From a virus, in IMG/VR virus record IMGVR_UViG_3300043178_000025: 64,000 bases of DNA; one strand, given 5' to 3'. The translations under genes were made by a program, and so were the position numbers. This document shows positions 36,729 through 44,725 of the stretch, piece by piece (the stretch's first letter is position 1; every line of letters starts with the position of its first letter). The notes below the pieces were generated by a model that saw only the letters and a program-made list of their open reading frames with translations, had not been told where the DNA came from and made no database searches.

Positions 36729-37170
36729 CTGGCGGGATCGGTGGCGCGAGGAACTCGAAGAGCGGCTTCGACATCGCGGGGGGATTCCGGGCGTCAGCGT
36801 AGGCGAAGGTTGGAAGGACCTGATCTGTGATCTCGTGGAGAAGCTCGACGCGACGGGCGTGGAGTGGAGGCCCAAGCAGATCAAGGAGAAGCTCGGGACG
36901 CTGCGGTTCTACGTGGACATCGAAGAGGAGCCGTCGCTCCAGCATGTCTTGACCTTCACGGACTACAGGACCAAGATCGCGGAGGCGACGAAGCTCATCG
37001 ACGAGGCCACGAACAAGAGCGTGACGATCTGCGAGCGATGCGGGAAGCCGGGCGGGATGACAAGCGTTGGGCATCTGCTTCAGGTGTTCTGTAAGGGCTG
37101 CGCTATCGAGGCCGACATCGAGCAGCGCGAGAAGAAGCGGCGAGAGAAAGAGCGTCAGTATGAGGAATAA
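36721..37170 (+). CDS. conserved phage hypothetical protein
   Basis: EGWKDLI..QIKEKLGTLRFYV..ICERCGKPG. Confidence 0.75.
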   Translation: MGSWRDRWREELEERLRHRGGIPGVSVGEGWKDLICDLVEKLDATGVEWRPKQIKEKLGTLRFYVDIEEEPSLQHVLTFTDYRTKIAEATKLIDEATNKSVTICERCGKPGGMTSVGHLLQVFCKGCAIEADIEQREKKRREKERQYEE

Positions 37171-37512
37171 ATGAACAAGCCGACAATCGTGTGCCTGTGC
37201 GGTTCGACGCGCTTCTACGAGGCGTTCCAAGAGGCAAACTACCGTGAGACCATGGCGGGCAGGATCGTACTCTCCGTTGGGTTCTACCCGCACGCAGCCA
37301 AGGAGATGCACGGAGAAGAGCGCGGCTGCACGCCCGAGCAGAAGATCGCCCTCGACGAACTGCACAAGCGCAAGATCGACCTCGCTGACGAAGTGCTCGT
37401 TCTGAACGTCGGCGACTACATCGGGAACTCGACGAAGAGCGAGGTCCGGTACGCTGTCGAGAAGGGCAAGAAGGTCCGGTGGTTGGAGCCTCATGTGGAG
37501 AAGCGTGTATGA
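37171..37512 (+). CDS. DUF4406 / nucleoside 2'-deoxyribosyltransferase-like protein
   Basis: IVCLCGSTRF..LDELHKRKIDLADEVLVLNVGDYIGNSTKSE. Confidence 0.7.
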   Translation: MNKPTIVCLCGSTRFYEAFQEANYRETMAGRIVLSVGFYPHAAKEMHGEERGCTPEQKIALDELHKRKIDLADEVLVLNVGDYIGNSTKSEVRYAVEKGKKVRWLEPHVEKRV

Positions 37513-37820
37513 AGCACGGCGACGACAAGAAGAAGCGGGGCGGGTTCGAGGACATTCCTCTGCCGGAACGGTGCAGGCATCCTCAGCACGAGCCGCCGAT
37601 GCACATGGTCATCCCTCCGGGCAAGCAGTACCGTCACATCTGCCCGGGCTGCGGACGCGAGGTGCTCCTGCGGCCTCCGCACATCACATGGTCCTGCAAG
37701 CCGTCCGCTCAGGTTCATGACGCGGCGAAGCGGCTCGTGCAGCTTCTGGACGAGCCCGAACCCGGTCTCTTTACGTGGCATGAACTCTGCCAGAGCGCGT
37801 GGAAGGAGATGCACGCATGA
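37509..37820 (+). CDS. hypothetical protein
   Basis: ATGA overlaps. Confidence 0.6.
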   Translation: MKHGDDKKKRGGFEDIPLPERCRHPQHEPPMHMVIPPGKQYRHICPGCGREVLLRPPHITWSCKPSAQVHDAAKRLVQLLDEPEPGLFTWHELCQSAWKEMHA

Positions 37821-38359
37821 AGACGGCGATGTTGGACGTGCCCGTCGAAAAAGCCGTGAAGGAATACGCCCGCTGGCGTCCGGGCCGGACCGTGCAGGAC
37901 CAGATCATCGCAAGAGCCTTTCGAGTGATCGCCCGGGGCGGTAAGGTGCTGGACCTTCACCAGTCCATGCGGGTCGCGGGGGTGGACTCGGCGGGCAGGC
38001 CGAAGCTGGCGATCTGCCGCGCTGACGCGGCGACGGTCCGCTGCTTCCGTGCGAAGAACTGGTGGCGCGTCTCGTTCAGGGCCGACAAGGGCTACAAGAA
38101 CAACGAGATCGACGTGCCGACGGGCTTCTTCAACGGATGGCTCTCCGAAGAGGTGGACGCCCGGGCCAAGGTGCCGATCATTCCGCCGGACATCAGGGGC
38201 AAGCGGGACCTCTCGCGCTACTGCGTGCTCTTCGAGGCGAAGTGGGAAGGCGTGACGACGGACCCGATCCTTCTGGAGCCCATCGGCGCGGCGCTCTATC
38301 GCGTGATCGCGACGTGGGACCTGACCGCTGTGGAGCAGGCGGTTCTTCGTGGACGGTAG
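37817..38359 (+). CDS. conserved hypothetical protein
   Basis: PKLAICRAD..AKVPIIPP..DPILL..LYRVIATWDLT. Confidence 0.7.
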   Translation: MKTAMLDVPVEKAVKEYARWRPGRTVQDQIIARAFRVIARGGKVLDLHQSMRVAGVDSAGRPKLAICRADAATVRCFRAKNWWRVSFRADKGYKNNEIDVPTGFFNGWLSEEVDARAKVPIIPPDIRGKRDLSRYCVLFEAKWEGVTTDPILLEPIGAALYRVIATWDLTAVEQAVLRGR

Positions 38360-38365
38360 CTGAAC

Positions 38366-38443
38366 GCTCCCGTAGCTCAGTTGGTAGAGCGGCGCTCTCT
38401 AAAAGCGCGTCAGTCGTGGGTTCGAGCCCCATCGGGAGCACCA
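38366..38443 (+). tRNA. tRNA with anticodon CUA (amber suppressor)
   Basis: Acceptor GCTCCCG/CGGGAGC, D arm GCTC-AGTTGGTA-GAGC, anticodon stem GCGCT/AGCGC with loop CT-CTA-AA, T loop TTCGAGC, encoded CCA. Confidence 0.92.
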
Positions 38444-38450
38444 CATTCGC

Positions 38451-38478
38451 TTGACACGTTTCGGTCCCGTGGTAGTCT
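38451..38478 (+). promoter_or_regulatory. sigma70-type promoter for the pth2-like gene
   Basis: TTGACA-16 nt-TAGTCT with extended TG. Confidence 0.7.
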
Positions 38479-38499
38479 TACGAGTGAAAGGAGAACATC

Positions 38500-38847
38500 A
38501 TGGCAGACACGTAGGAAGCGCGGAAGTACGTCTACGTCATCGTCCGGTCCGATCTCACGCCCGTCCACCAACTGGTCCAGTCCGTTCACGCAGCCCACGA
38601 AGCAGGAATCCGCTTCGGCAATCGCGACGACATCTCCTCGATGGTCGTCTGCACCGTTCCCGATGAAGGGGCGCTGCGTCTCCTCGCCGCGAACCTGTCG
38701 CTCTGCGGCGTGAAGCACTACCTCTTCGTAGAGGACGACTTCGGGAACCAAGCGACGGCGCTCGCTACGGAGCCGATCAACGGCGACGCCCGCCGCACGT
38801 TCAAGAAGCTCCCGCTGTGGAGCCCGGAGCACGCGGAGTCCGCATGA
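38500..38847 (+). CDS. Pth2-like peptidyl-tRNA hydrolase with in-frame TAG at codon 5
   Basis: AAAGGAGA RBS; ATG GCA GAC ACG TAG GAA..; YVYVIVRSDL..QLVQSVHAA and TALATEP match the Pth2 family. Confidence 0.82.
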
Positions 38848-38853
38848 AAACAC

Positions 38854-38926
38854 GCGGGGAGGGTGTGAAGCGCACACGCGGTTGATAGCCGCGAGGTCCA
38901 CAGGTCGCGCTGTGGTCCCCGCTCCA
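38854..38926 (+). ncRNA. atypical tRNA-like cloverleaf (apparent anticodon GAU)
   Basis: GCGGGGA/TCCCCGC acceptor + T + CCA; CGCGG-TTGATAG-CCGCG arm; non-canonical D and T loops. Confidence 0.6.
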
Positions 38927-38927
38927 C

Positions 38928-39007
38928 GGGCAGGTAGCTCAGAGAAAGAGTGACCGCCAGTCCGGACTGGCGGGAGGTCGGAGGTTTAAGTCCTCCCCTG
39001 CCCACCA
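38928..39007 (+). tRNA. atypical tRNA (Pro-like 3' half) with palindromic enlarged anticodon arm
   Basis: GGGCAGG/CCTGCCC acceptor + A + CCA; T arm GGAGG-TTTAAGT-CCTCC; anticodon arm CCGCCAGTCCGGACTGGCGG. Confidence 0.65.
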
Positions 39008-39028
39008 CTCGACCTGTATGCTGAGGCG

Positions 39029-39733
39029 ATGAAAAGCAGAGTGGCCGTCGGCTACATCCGCGTCTCGACGACCAAGCAGGACGAGAGCGGGCTCTCCCTT
39101 GAAGAGCAGAAGCGCCGGATCGAGGCGTGGGCCGTAGCGCAGGACCTCAAGCTCGAACAGGTCTACGAGGACGGCGCTGAGAGTGCGAAAAACCTCGACC
39201 GTCCGGAAGTGCAGGAGCTTCTGCGGCGTGTCGTGGCGGGCGAGATCAGCCACGTCATCGTGTACAAGCTGGACCGCCTGACGCGCTCGGTCAGGGACCT
39301 CTACGAACTCATCACGGTGTTCCAGAGGCACAATGTCGCCTTCTGTTCCGTGACGGAGTCCCTCGACACGTCCTCTGCCATCGGCAGGGCCATGGTGGGG
39401 CTCATCGGTGTCTTCGCTCAATGGGAGCGGGAGACCATCGCGGAGCGGACGATCATGGCGCTCTCGGCGAAGCGGCGGCGGGGCGAGCGCCTCGGCGGGC
39501 ATCGGCCCTTCGGGTGGAAGACGAAGGGGAAGAAGCTCGTGCCCGATGAGGAGGAGCAGGCGGTCCTCAAGGCCATCCTGAAGGGTGTGGCCGAGGGCAG
39601 GGGGTACTCCGAGATCGCGGGCATCCTGAACCGCAAGGGAATACAGCCAGCACGGGGGAAGAAATGGTACGCCAGCAGCGTCCGCAGCGTGGTTCTGCGT
39701 GCGAAAAAGGCACCGCCGCCCACGGGGGAGTAG
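39029..39733 (+). CDS. serine recombinase (resolvase domain plus partial recombinase domain)
   Basis: VGYIRVSTTKQ, DRPEVQELL, VYKLDRLTRS, FAQWERETIAERT, PFGW. Confidence 0.93.
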   Translation: MKSRVAVGYIRVSTTKQDESGLSLEEQKRRIEAWAVAQDLKLEQVYEDGAESAKNLDRPEVQELLRRVVAGEISHVIVYKLDRLTRSVRDLYELITVFQRHNVAFCSVTESLDTSSAIGRAMVGLIGVFAQWERETIAERTIMALSAKRRRGERLGGHRPFGWKTKGKKLVPDEEEQAVLKAILKGVAEGRGYSEIAGILNRKGIQPARGKKWYASSVRSVVLRAKKAPPPTGE

Positions 39734-39818
39734 CGGTTTTGTACACGAACGCCCTTTGGTGTTGAGCATCACGATACATATTGTATTTTATAACGCGGCG
39801 ATGTACTGTAAGTGAGCC

Positions 39819-40151
39819 ATGGCGAAGGGCAAAAAACGCGGCGTACCCGGGGTGAATCCGTTCGATCTGGGCTCCGCGATCCCCGAGCCGAAGCTGCGTA
39901 CAGCGGACGTGCTCGTGTGGCTCTACAGGAACCGCCCTGACCGGTTCACGGTGCGGGACGTGGCGAATCACTTCAAGATCGCCCACGGGGAGGCCCAGAG
40001 GCGGGTCCAGTACATCGTGAAGCTCTGGCACGCCGCACGTTCCATCGGGCGCGTAGAGGCCCACCGCAGAGGCCGTAAGGAGGTCGAGTACGAACTCAAC
40101 GACTGGGGCCGGAAGTACGGGGCGAAGCGTGTCAAAGACGGGCGGAAGTGA
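39819..40151 (+). CDS. putative winged-helix DNA-binding protein
   Basis: FTVRDVANHFKI..EAQRRVQYI..EVEYELNDWGR; preceded by an AT-rich gap. Confidence 0.55.
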   Translation: MAKGKKRGVPGVNPFDLGSAIPEPKLRTADVLVWLYRNRPDRFTVRDVANHFKIAHGEAQRRVQYIVKLWHAARSIGRVEAHRRGRKEVEYELNDWGRKYGAKRVKDGRK

Positions 40152-40173
40152 TCGTAGGAGGCGGGTGCGGTAC

Positions 40174-40341
40174 ATGGTCGCGCTGTACCTGCCGGGCATG
40201 AAGACGATGTCGCTCACGGAGAACCTGAAGCGGTTTGCGGAGACGCTCAAGAAGGTCGCGACGTACCGCTTCAACAACAAGACCGTCATGAAGAGCGACT
40301 GGGACGACGGGAACTGGGGCCCGTTCGGGGGTCCTCCATGA
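40174..40341 (+). CDS. hypothetical protein
   Basis: Short ORF; ATGA overlap with next gene. Confidence 0.45.
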   Translation: MVALYLPGMKTMSLTENLKRFAETLKKVATYRFNNKTVMKSDWDDGNWGPFGGPP

Positions 40342-40817
40342 AGAAACGCAGGAAGGAGAAGCCTGTGACGCCGATGCCGACGGCTGAGATGAACGACTGC
40401 TGCAAGGTCGTCGCTCAGATCAAGGACCGCGACATGGAGCGTGCCGTGGCCGCAGCGGTGCAGGGCTCCAGCGCCGAGATCGAGAAGCTCATGGACCGCA
40501 TCGAGGAACTGGAGAAGCTCGCGTTCGAGAAGGCCAAGGCCGTGTCCGGGCTCGAAGGCGAGATCGCTGGACTCAAGCACAAGCTCGCGGAGGCGCTGAA
40601 GCGCATTCCGGTTCCCGCGCCGAGTCCGGCGAAGCCTGCTGCCCCGCCTCCGCAGCAGGCTGCGCCGCCTCCGTCGCCGAAGAAGCGCACGGAGAACTGT
40701 CTCGTGTGCGGTCGTGAGTGCATCAGCATGTGCCCGGAGTGCAAGGCTCCGATCTGCGGCAGGCAGGACTGTGGACGGACGCACGGTCACGGCAGCATGT
40801 ACGGATCGTCTACGTAG
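40338..40817 (+). CDS. coiled-coil protein with C-terminal zinc finger
   Basis: Heptad region, Pro linker, CLVCG..CPECKAPICG..C..H. Confidence 0.7.
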   Translation: MKKRRKEKPVTPMPTAEMNDCCKVVAQIKDRDMERAVAAAVQGSSAEIEKLMDRIEELEKLAFEKAKAVSGLEGEIAGLKHKLAEALKRIPVPAPSPAKPAAPPPQQAAPPPSPKKRTENCLVCGRECISMCPECKAPICGRQDCGRTHGHGSMYGSST

Positions 40818-40829
40818 CGGAGGGCGGCG

Positions 40830-41003
40830 ATGGAGCGCGTGAGGGTTGTGCGTGCTGTGCCCGGCGTTCATCCGCGCTATCTCGTTCTGGTGTACTCGAA
40901 GCGTGGCTGGCATGTCGTTGCAGAAGCGGAGCGGTGGCAGGACGCGCATCGGGTCAAGAACTACATCGTCGCGTTGATGCGGGAGATTGCGCCGTGTTCA
41001 TGA
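40830..41003 (+). CDS. hypothetical protein
   Basis: GGAGG RBS; read by hand. Confidence 0.5.
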   Translation: MERVRVVRAVPGVHPRYLVLVYSKRGWHVVAEAERWQDAHRVKNYIVALMREIAPCS

Positions 41004-41353
41004 TCGTACTTCGTGTTGCAGGCGTCGTGCTGGCCGCTCTTCTCGGCGTCAAGCTGATCCAATGGCGACGCACGCGCCCGTGCTGGCTCTACGGGCACGA
41101 CAGGAGGTGGCTGGCGATCAGGGCGGCGGGCGTGTGTAAGCCCGGGGAGTCAGGGGGCATGTGGCCCGCGAATCACTACGTTGAAGAGCACAAGCATGTG
41201 CATGGCGACACCGTGTATATCGGTAGGTGGGCGTGTCGCCGTTGTCCGAAGATGGGCGAGACCTGCCTTGGTGCCGATCAGGACTGGACCATCGAGCACG
41301 AGGCGCTCGTGCCGGATACCAAGAAATGGGCGAACTGGAGCAAGCCGACGTAG
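41000..41353 (+). CDS. membrane-anchored hypothetical protein
   Basis: N-terminal hydrophobic helix; CWLYGH..WACRRC. Confidence 0.55.
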   Translation: MIVLRVAGVVLAALLGVKLIQWRRTRPCWLYGHDRRWLAIRAAGVCKPGESGGMWPANHYVEEHKHVHGDTVYIGRWACRRCPKMGETCLGADQDWTIEHEALVPDTKKWANWSKPT

Positions 41354-41566
41354 ATGCGGTACATGGTCATGCGGGAGCGGTGGGTCAGGAAGTACAGTAC
41401 GAATGAGGCTGTGATCCAGCGTTCGTACATTGGCAGGGATCAGAAGCTCGTGGACGAGCGCCACGCGAAGAAGTACGCCACGGTCGAGCGTGCCGAGACC
41501 GCTCTGGCCGACTTCGTCCTGCGGCACCCGAAGTTCTTCGGGGAACTCAGGATCGTACTCGCGTGA
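41354..41566 (+). CDS. small protein, paralog family A
   Basis: YMVM..AKKYATVERAETALA..RHPKFFGELRIV. Confidence 0.7.
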   Translation: MRYMVMRERWVRKYSTNEAVIQRSYIGRDQKLVDERHAKKYATVERAETALADFVLRHPKFFGELRIVLA

Positions 41567-42009
41567 TGTGGTTCATCGCGTCCGACGTGGGCTGGCTCGT
41601 GCCCAAGAACGACAAGGACGTGTGGGGCAAGGAGTGGCCCGCTTACGTGTCGAAGTGGGAAGACGCATGGGGCTTCAAGACGAAGGCCGAAGCGGAAGCG
41701 GCGGCGTTTCTCGTAGCGGCACTCGTGCCCGAGGCCATGCAGAAGCTCACGCTGCATGAGATCGACCGCTGGCTTGTAACGACATCGACGGGGGTGACGG
41801 TCCACGGTCTGAAGTGGGCATTCGGTGAGCACTTGAATCGCTTGTTCTGGAGCGAGGGCATGAAGACGTGGTACTACGGGTGGCGCAACGGCACCAAGTT
41901 CGAGACCGTGGATCAGGCGGTCCGGGCCCGGGACGTTGCGATCAGGACCGTTCAGGGGCTGGAACAGGTGGCTATCGTGCGGACGATGGACGACTGCTAT
42001 GGGCTCTAA
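41563..42009 (+). CDS. paralog family A protein (probably two domains)
   Basis: AWGFKTKAEAEAAAFLVA..P and KFETVDQAVRARD. Confidence 0.65.
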   Translation: MMWFIASDVGWLVPKNDKDVWGKEWPAYVSKWEDAWGFKTKAEAEAAAFLVAALVPEAMQKLTLHEIDRWLVTTSTGVTVHGLKWAFGEHLNRLFWSEGMKTWYYGWRNGTKFETVDQAVRARDVAIRTVQGLEQVAIVRTMDDCYGL

Positions 42010-42196
42010 CCTGAAGCCGTGCGACTGCGAGACGTGAGAAGAGCGTGACAGCATCGCGAAGGTGCTCCGCGACGAGATCGACTACCAGATGAAGAAGAAG
42101 CCGTTACCCATCGTGGCCTACGCTATCACGATCCTGCGGCAGGTCCTCGACGGCATCAAGAACATCGGGCCAGCGGGGAAGTCTGAGGCGCTATGA
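41999..42196 (+). pseudogene. small ORF interrupted by in-frame TGA at 42035-42037
   Basis: MGSNLKPCDCET*EERDSIAKVLRDEIDYQMKKK..; ends in an ATGA overlap with the next gene. Confidence 0.4.
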
Positions 42197-42510
42197 CCAT
42201 GACCAAGGGGGACAATCCGAATAAAGAGAGGCGGATTACAACTTCACTCCCTCAACAGATTGCGGCATGGGCGGTTTTCGACTGGGAGAAGGAGGGCAAG
42301 GCGCATGTGTATGAAGTTCATCCGGTTAGAATTCAGGCTGTTAGCGCAACGGCATTTGATGAGGACGACCTAGAAAACGCCATGGAAGAGTATCTCGTGC
42401 ATATTCTCACGGCTGGATGGGTTGCTCCTGTACGGTGGATTTCCTCCGATAACGTCTATGACAGCAAAGATGCGGCTGAGGAGGAAGCTCGTCGAAGGGC
42501 TTGCCGTTGA
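42193..42510 (+). CDS. hypothetical protein, AT-richer than neighbours
   Basis: 105-aa ORF. Confidence 0.6.
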   Translation: MTMTKGDNPNKERRITTSLPQQIAAWAVFDWEKEGKAHVYEVHPVRIQAVSATAFDEDDLENAMEEYLVHILTAGWVAPVRWISSDNVYDSKDAAEEEARRRACR

Positions 42511-42791
42511 ACCGTGTCCTTCGCGAGAAGATCGGCGACCGCGTCTGGGCCGTGGTCGTGGACAACCTCGTCATCGAGGAGTACAAGTATCTGAACGGTC
42601 AGGTCTACGATACGGTCCGGCGCTTCACGGGGGAGCGCAGGTATCTGACCAAGAACGGGCTCGCCGTGGAGTTCGCCGGGCCCGAGGACCTGTACGCGAC
42701 GCGGGGCGAAGCGGACTCCGTGGCGATGCTGCTTGTGATGGCTCATCCGGACTACATCGGACACATTGAGGTCGTGAACGTCCGTGGCTAA
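42501..42791 (+). CDS. small protein, paralog family A
   Basis: WAVVV..LYATRGEADSVAMLL..HPDYIGHIEVV. Confidence 0.7.
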   Translation: MPLNRVLREKIGDRVWAVVVDNLVIEEYKYLNGQVYDTVRRFTGERRYLTKNGLAVEFAGPEDLYATRGEADSVAMLLVMAHPDYIGHIEVVNVRG

Positions 42792-43002
42792 GGCGGTTAA
42801 GGTGTATCACCTGCGATGCAGGGAATGTGACATGGTACTCTTCGGCGCGGACCACATATTCTGCGCCGTCGGTTGTCGTTGGAATGGTACGTATCCACGT
42901 CTACGCGACCGGGATTCCTTTCGGGAAGAGGAGTACGTACTCAAGCGTGTGCGAAAGGTCGAACGCGCAGTTTGCGACTGGCATCTGGGAAGAAGGAAAT
43001 GA
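42784..43002 (+). CDS. hypothetical zinc-binding protein
   Basis: CREC..CAVGC. Confidence 0.5.
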   Translation: MAKAVKVYHLRCRECDMVLFGADHIFCAVGCRWNGTYPRLRDRDSFREEEYVLKRVRKVERAVCDWHLGRRK

Positions 43003-43769
43003 CGACAGCTATCGTCGAGGCGCTCCGGAAGCGGTATCCGGAGCCCGCCTACGCGCTCATCACCGAGGTCCGCAACGGCACAGGGTATCAGCGTGTCCGG
43101 ACGGGCTACGCCGACGCTCTCGCCATGGGGTGCTGGCCGTCGCGGGGACTCGACGTTCAGGGCTTCGAGTTCAAGGTCAGCCGTAGCGACTGGCTCAGGG
43201 AGTGGAAAAACCCCGTCAAGGCCGAAACGTTTGTGAAGTTCTGCGACTACTGGTATGTCGTTGCGGGCGACGATGAGATCGTCAAGCGCGAGGAGCTTCC
43301 GAAGTCGTGGGGCCTTCTCGTCGTGAACGGGAAGAGCCTCAAGACCGTCGTGGACGCGCCGAAGCTCGAACCGCAGCCGCTCGACAGGCTCTTCGTAGCG
43401 AGTATCCTCCGGTCGCTTTGCGATCAGGTGCTTCCGCAGAAGAAGCTCGATGACGCTCGCCGGGCCGGACTCGACGAGGGCTTCAAGAATGGCGCGGAGT
43501 CGGAGAAGCGTGACGCGGAGTATCTCCGGAAGGAGATCGCTGAGATCAAGCAGGCGCACGAGAAGATGATCCGGGACTTCGAGCGGAAGTCCGGACTTAC
43601 CCTGAACAACTGGAGCGCGGGGAATATCGGGGACGCCGTACAGCGCGTCATGAACTCGGAGCACCTGCGGATCGAAGAGCGGCTCTTGGCGCTCAAGGGC
43701 ACGGCACAGAACATCCTCGCCGCCATCGACGTTGCTCTGGAGCACGAGAAGATCAAGGCGCAGCGGTGA
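42999..43769 (+). CDS. MmcB-like PD-(D/E)xK nuclease with coiled-coil tail
   Basis: EVRNGTG..ADALAM..GFEFKVSRSDWLRE..CDYWYVVA. Confidence 0.75.
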   Translation: MTTAIVEALRKRYPEPAYALITEVRNGTGYQRVRTGYADALAMGCWPSRGLDVQGFEFKVSRSDWLREWKNPVKAETFVKFCDYWYVVAGDDEIVKREELPKSWGLLVVNGKSLKTVVDAPKLEPQPLDRLFVASILRSLCDQVLPQKKLDDARRAGLDEGFKNGAESEKRDAEYLRKEIAEIKQAHEKMIRDFERKSGLTLNNWSAGNIGDAVQRVMNSEHLRIEERLLALKGTAQNILAAIDVALEHEKIKAQR

Positions 43770-43924
43770 GCTACTTCATCGGGAAGTTGTGGACGGGTGG
43801 TCACGAGGGATGTACGGGCCGTGGACCTCTGTACGGATCGGCCCAGTCGCGGCAAGTGGAACCGCAAGGCGAAGACCGGGCGCTGCGTCGGGTGCGAGCG
43901 CATCCTTGAGATCGGTCGAAAAGC

Positions 43925-44155
43925 GTGGGGCGCAAAGCGGTGAACTACGTTCTCAAGCTCGTCGTCGGGCCGTGGTCGAAGACCATAAAATGCCTGCGCG
44001 ACGAGTCCGTGCGTGGGGCCCTTGCGTTCGGGACCCATGAAGAGGCCCTCACGTTCGGGAAGTGGATCGCGGACAACGCCGAGCGTCTGAAGAGCGAGAT
44101 GCAACGTGAAGCCGAAGCGGTGGAGAAAACGTCGAAGCGGTCTGATCGTTCCTGA
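43925..44155 (+). CDS. hypothetical protein
   Basis: 76-aa ORF; start uncertain. Confidence 0.45.
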   Translation: MGRKAVNYVLKLVVGPWSKTIKCLRDESVRGALAFGTHEEALTFGKWIADNAERLKSEMQREAEAVEKTSKRSDRS

Positions 44156-44456
44156 GCCGCTCTGGTTTGTGCGGGTCTACCTGCCGCGTGTGCGGGACCC
44201 GGACATCATGTCTGCGGAGTGCGTGTACCCGCACTACTGGAGCGAGGAGACGAAGTCGTTCACGGAGGACCTTGAGTACGTCACGGCGTTTCCAACGAAG
44301 AAGGACGCCGAAGTCGCGCTCTTCTGGGTCACGGCTCAGTACGCGAAGAGCATCATGGGGCAGGGCATGAAGGTCGAAGTCGTGAAAAAGCAGCCGGGCG
44401 AGGTATTCGCAGAGGAGCGCATCGAGCCGTCCGTGGAGAAGGAGGAGCGGCTGTGA
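44106..44456 (+). CDS. paralog family A protein
   Basis: WFVRV..HYW..VTAFPTKKDAEVALFW..MKVEVV. Confidence 0.65.
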   Translation: MKPKRWRKRRSGLIVPEPLWFVRVYLPRVRDPDIMSAECVYPHYWSEETKSFTEDLEYVTAFPTKKDAEVALFWVTAQYAKSIMGQGMKVEVVKKQPGEVFAEERIEPSVEKEERL

Positions 44457-44521
44457 TCTTCGCTGGGACCGTTCGACCGCTCTACCACCAGCAAACGGCG
44501 ACCTGAGCGGGCAACACGATC

Positions 44522-44725
44522 ATGCAGGGCCCGTGGGGTCTGCTGTGCGCTTCCTGCGGGCAGAAGATGGACCGTGGCGTCGTAACTGTCACGGTCGCGC
44601 CTGAAGAAGAACGGCTTCCGACTCCATGGGAAAGGAAGTACGCGGCGTACATTCCGAAAACTAGAGAGGGATTCCGTGTCGTCCAAAGACCCGAGTTCCA
44701 CGCCCGCAGCAACCCCCGGCGGTAA
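44522..44725 (+). CDS. hypothetical protein
   Basis: 67-aa ORF with CASC. Confidence 0.45.
   Translation: MQGPWGLLCASCGQKMDRGVVTVTVAPEEERLPTPWERKYAAYIPKTREGFRVVQRPEFHARSNPRR

Noticed and set aside
38366-38443. tRNA-Pyl / pyrrolysine system
   Set aside because: The loop CUCUAAA matches, but the body has canonical D loop GG, TTC T loop and a 5-bp anticodon stem, and no pylS/B/C/D genes are in the window.
39029-39733. IS607-type transposase
   Set aside because: No N-terminal MerR-like HTH and no adjacent tnpB.
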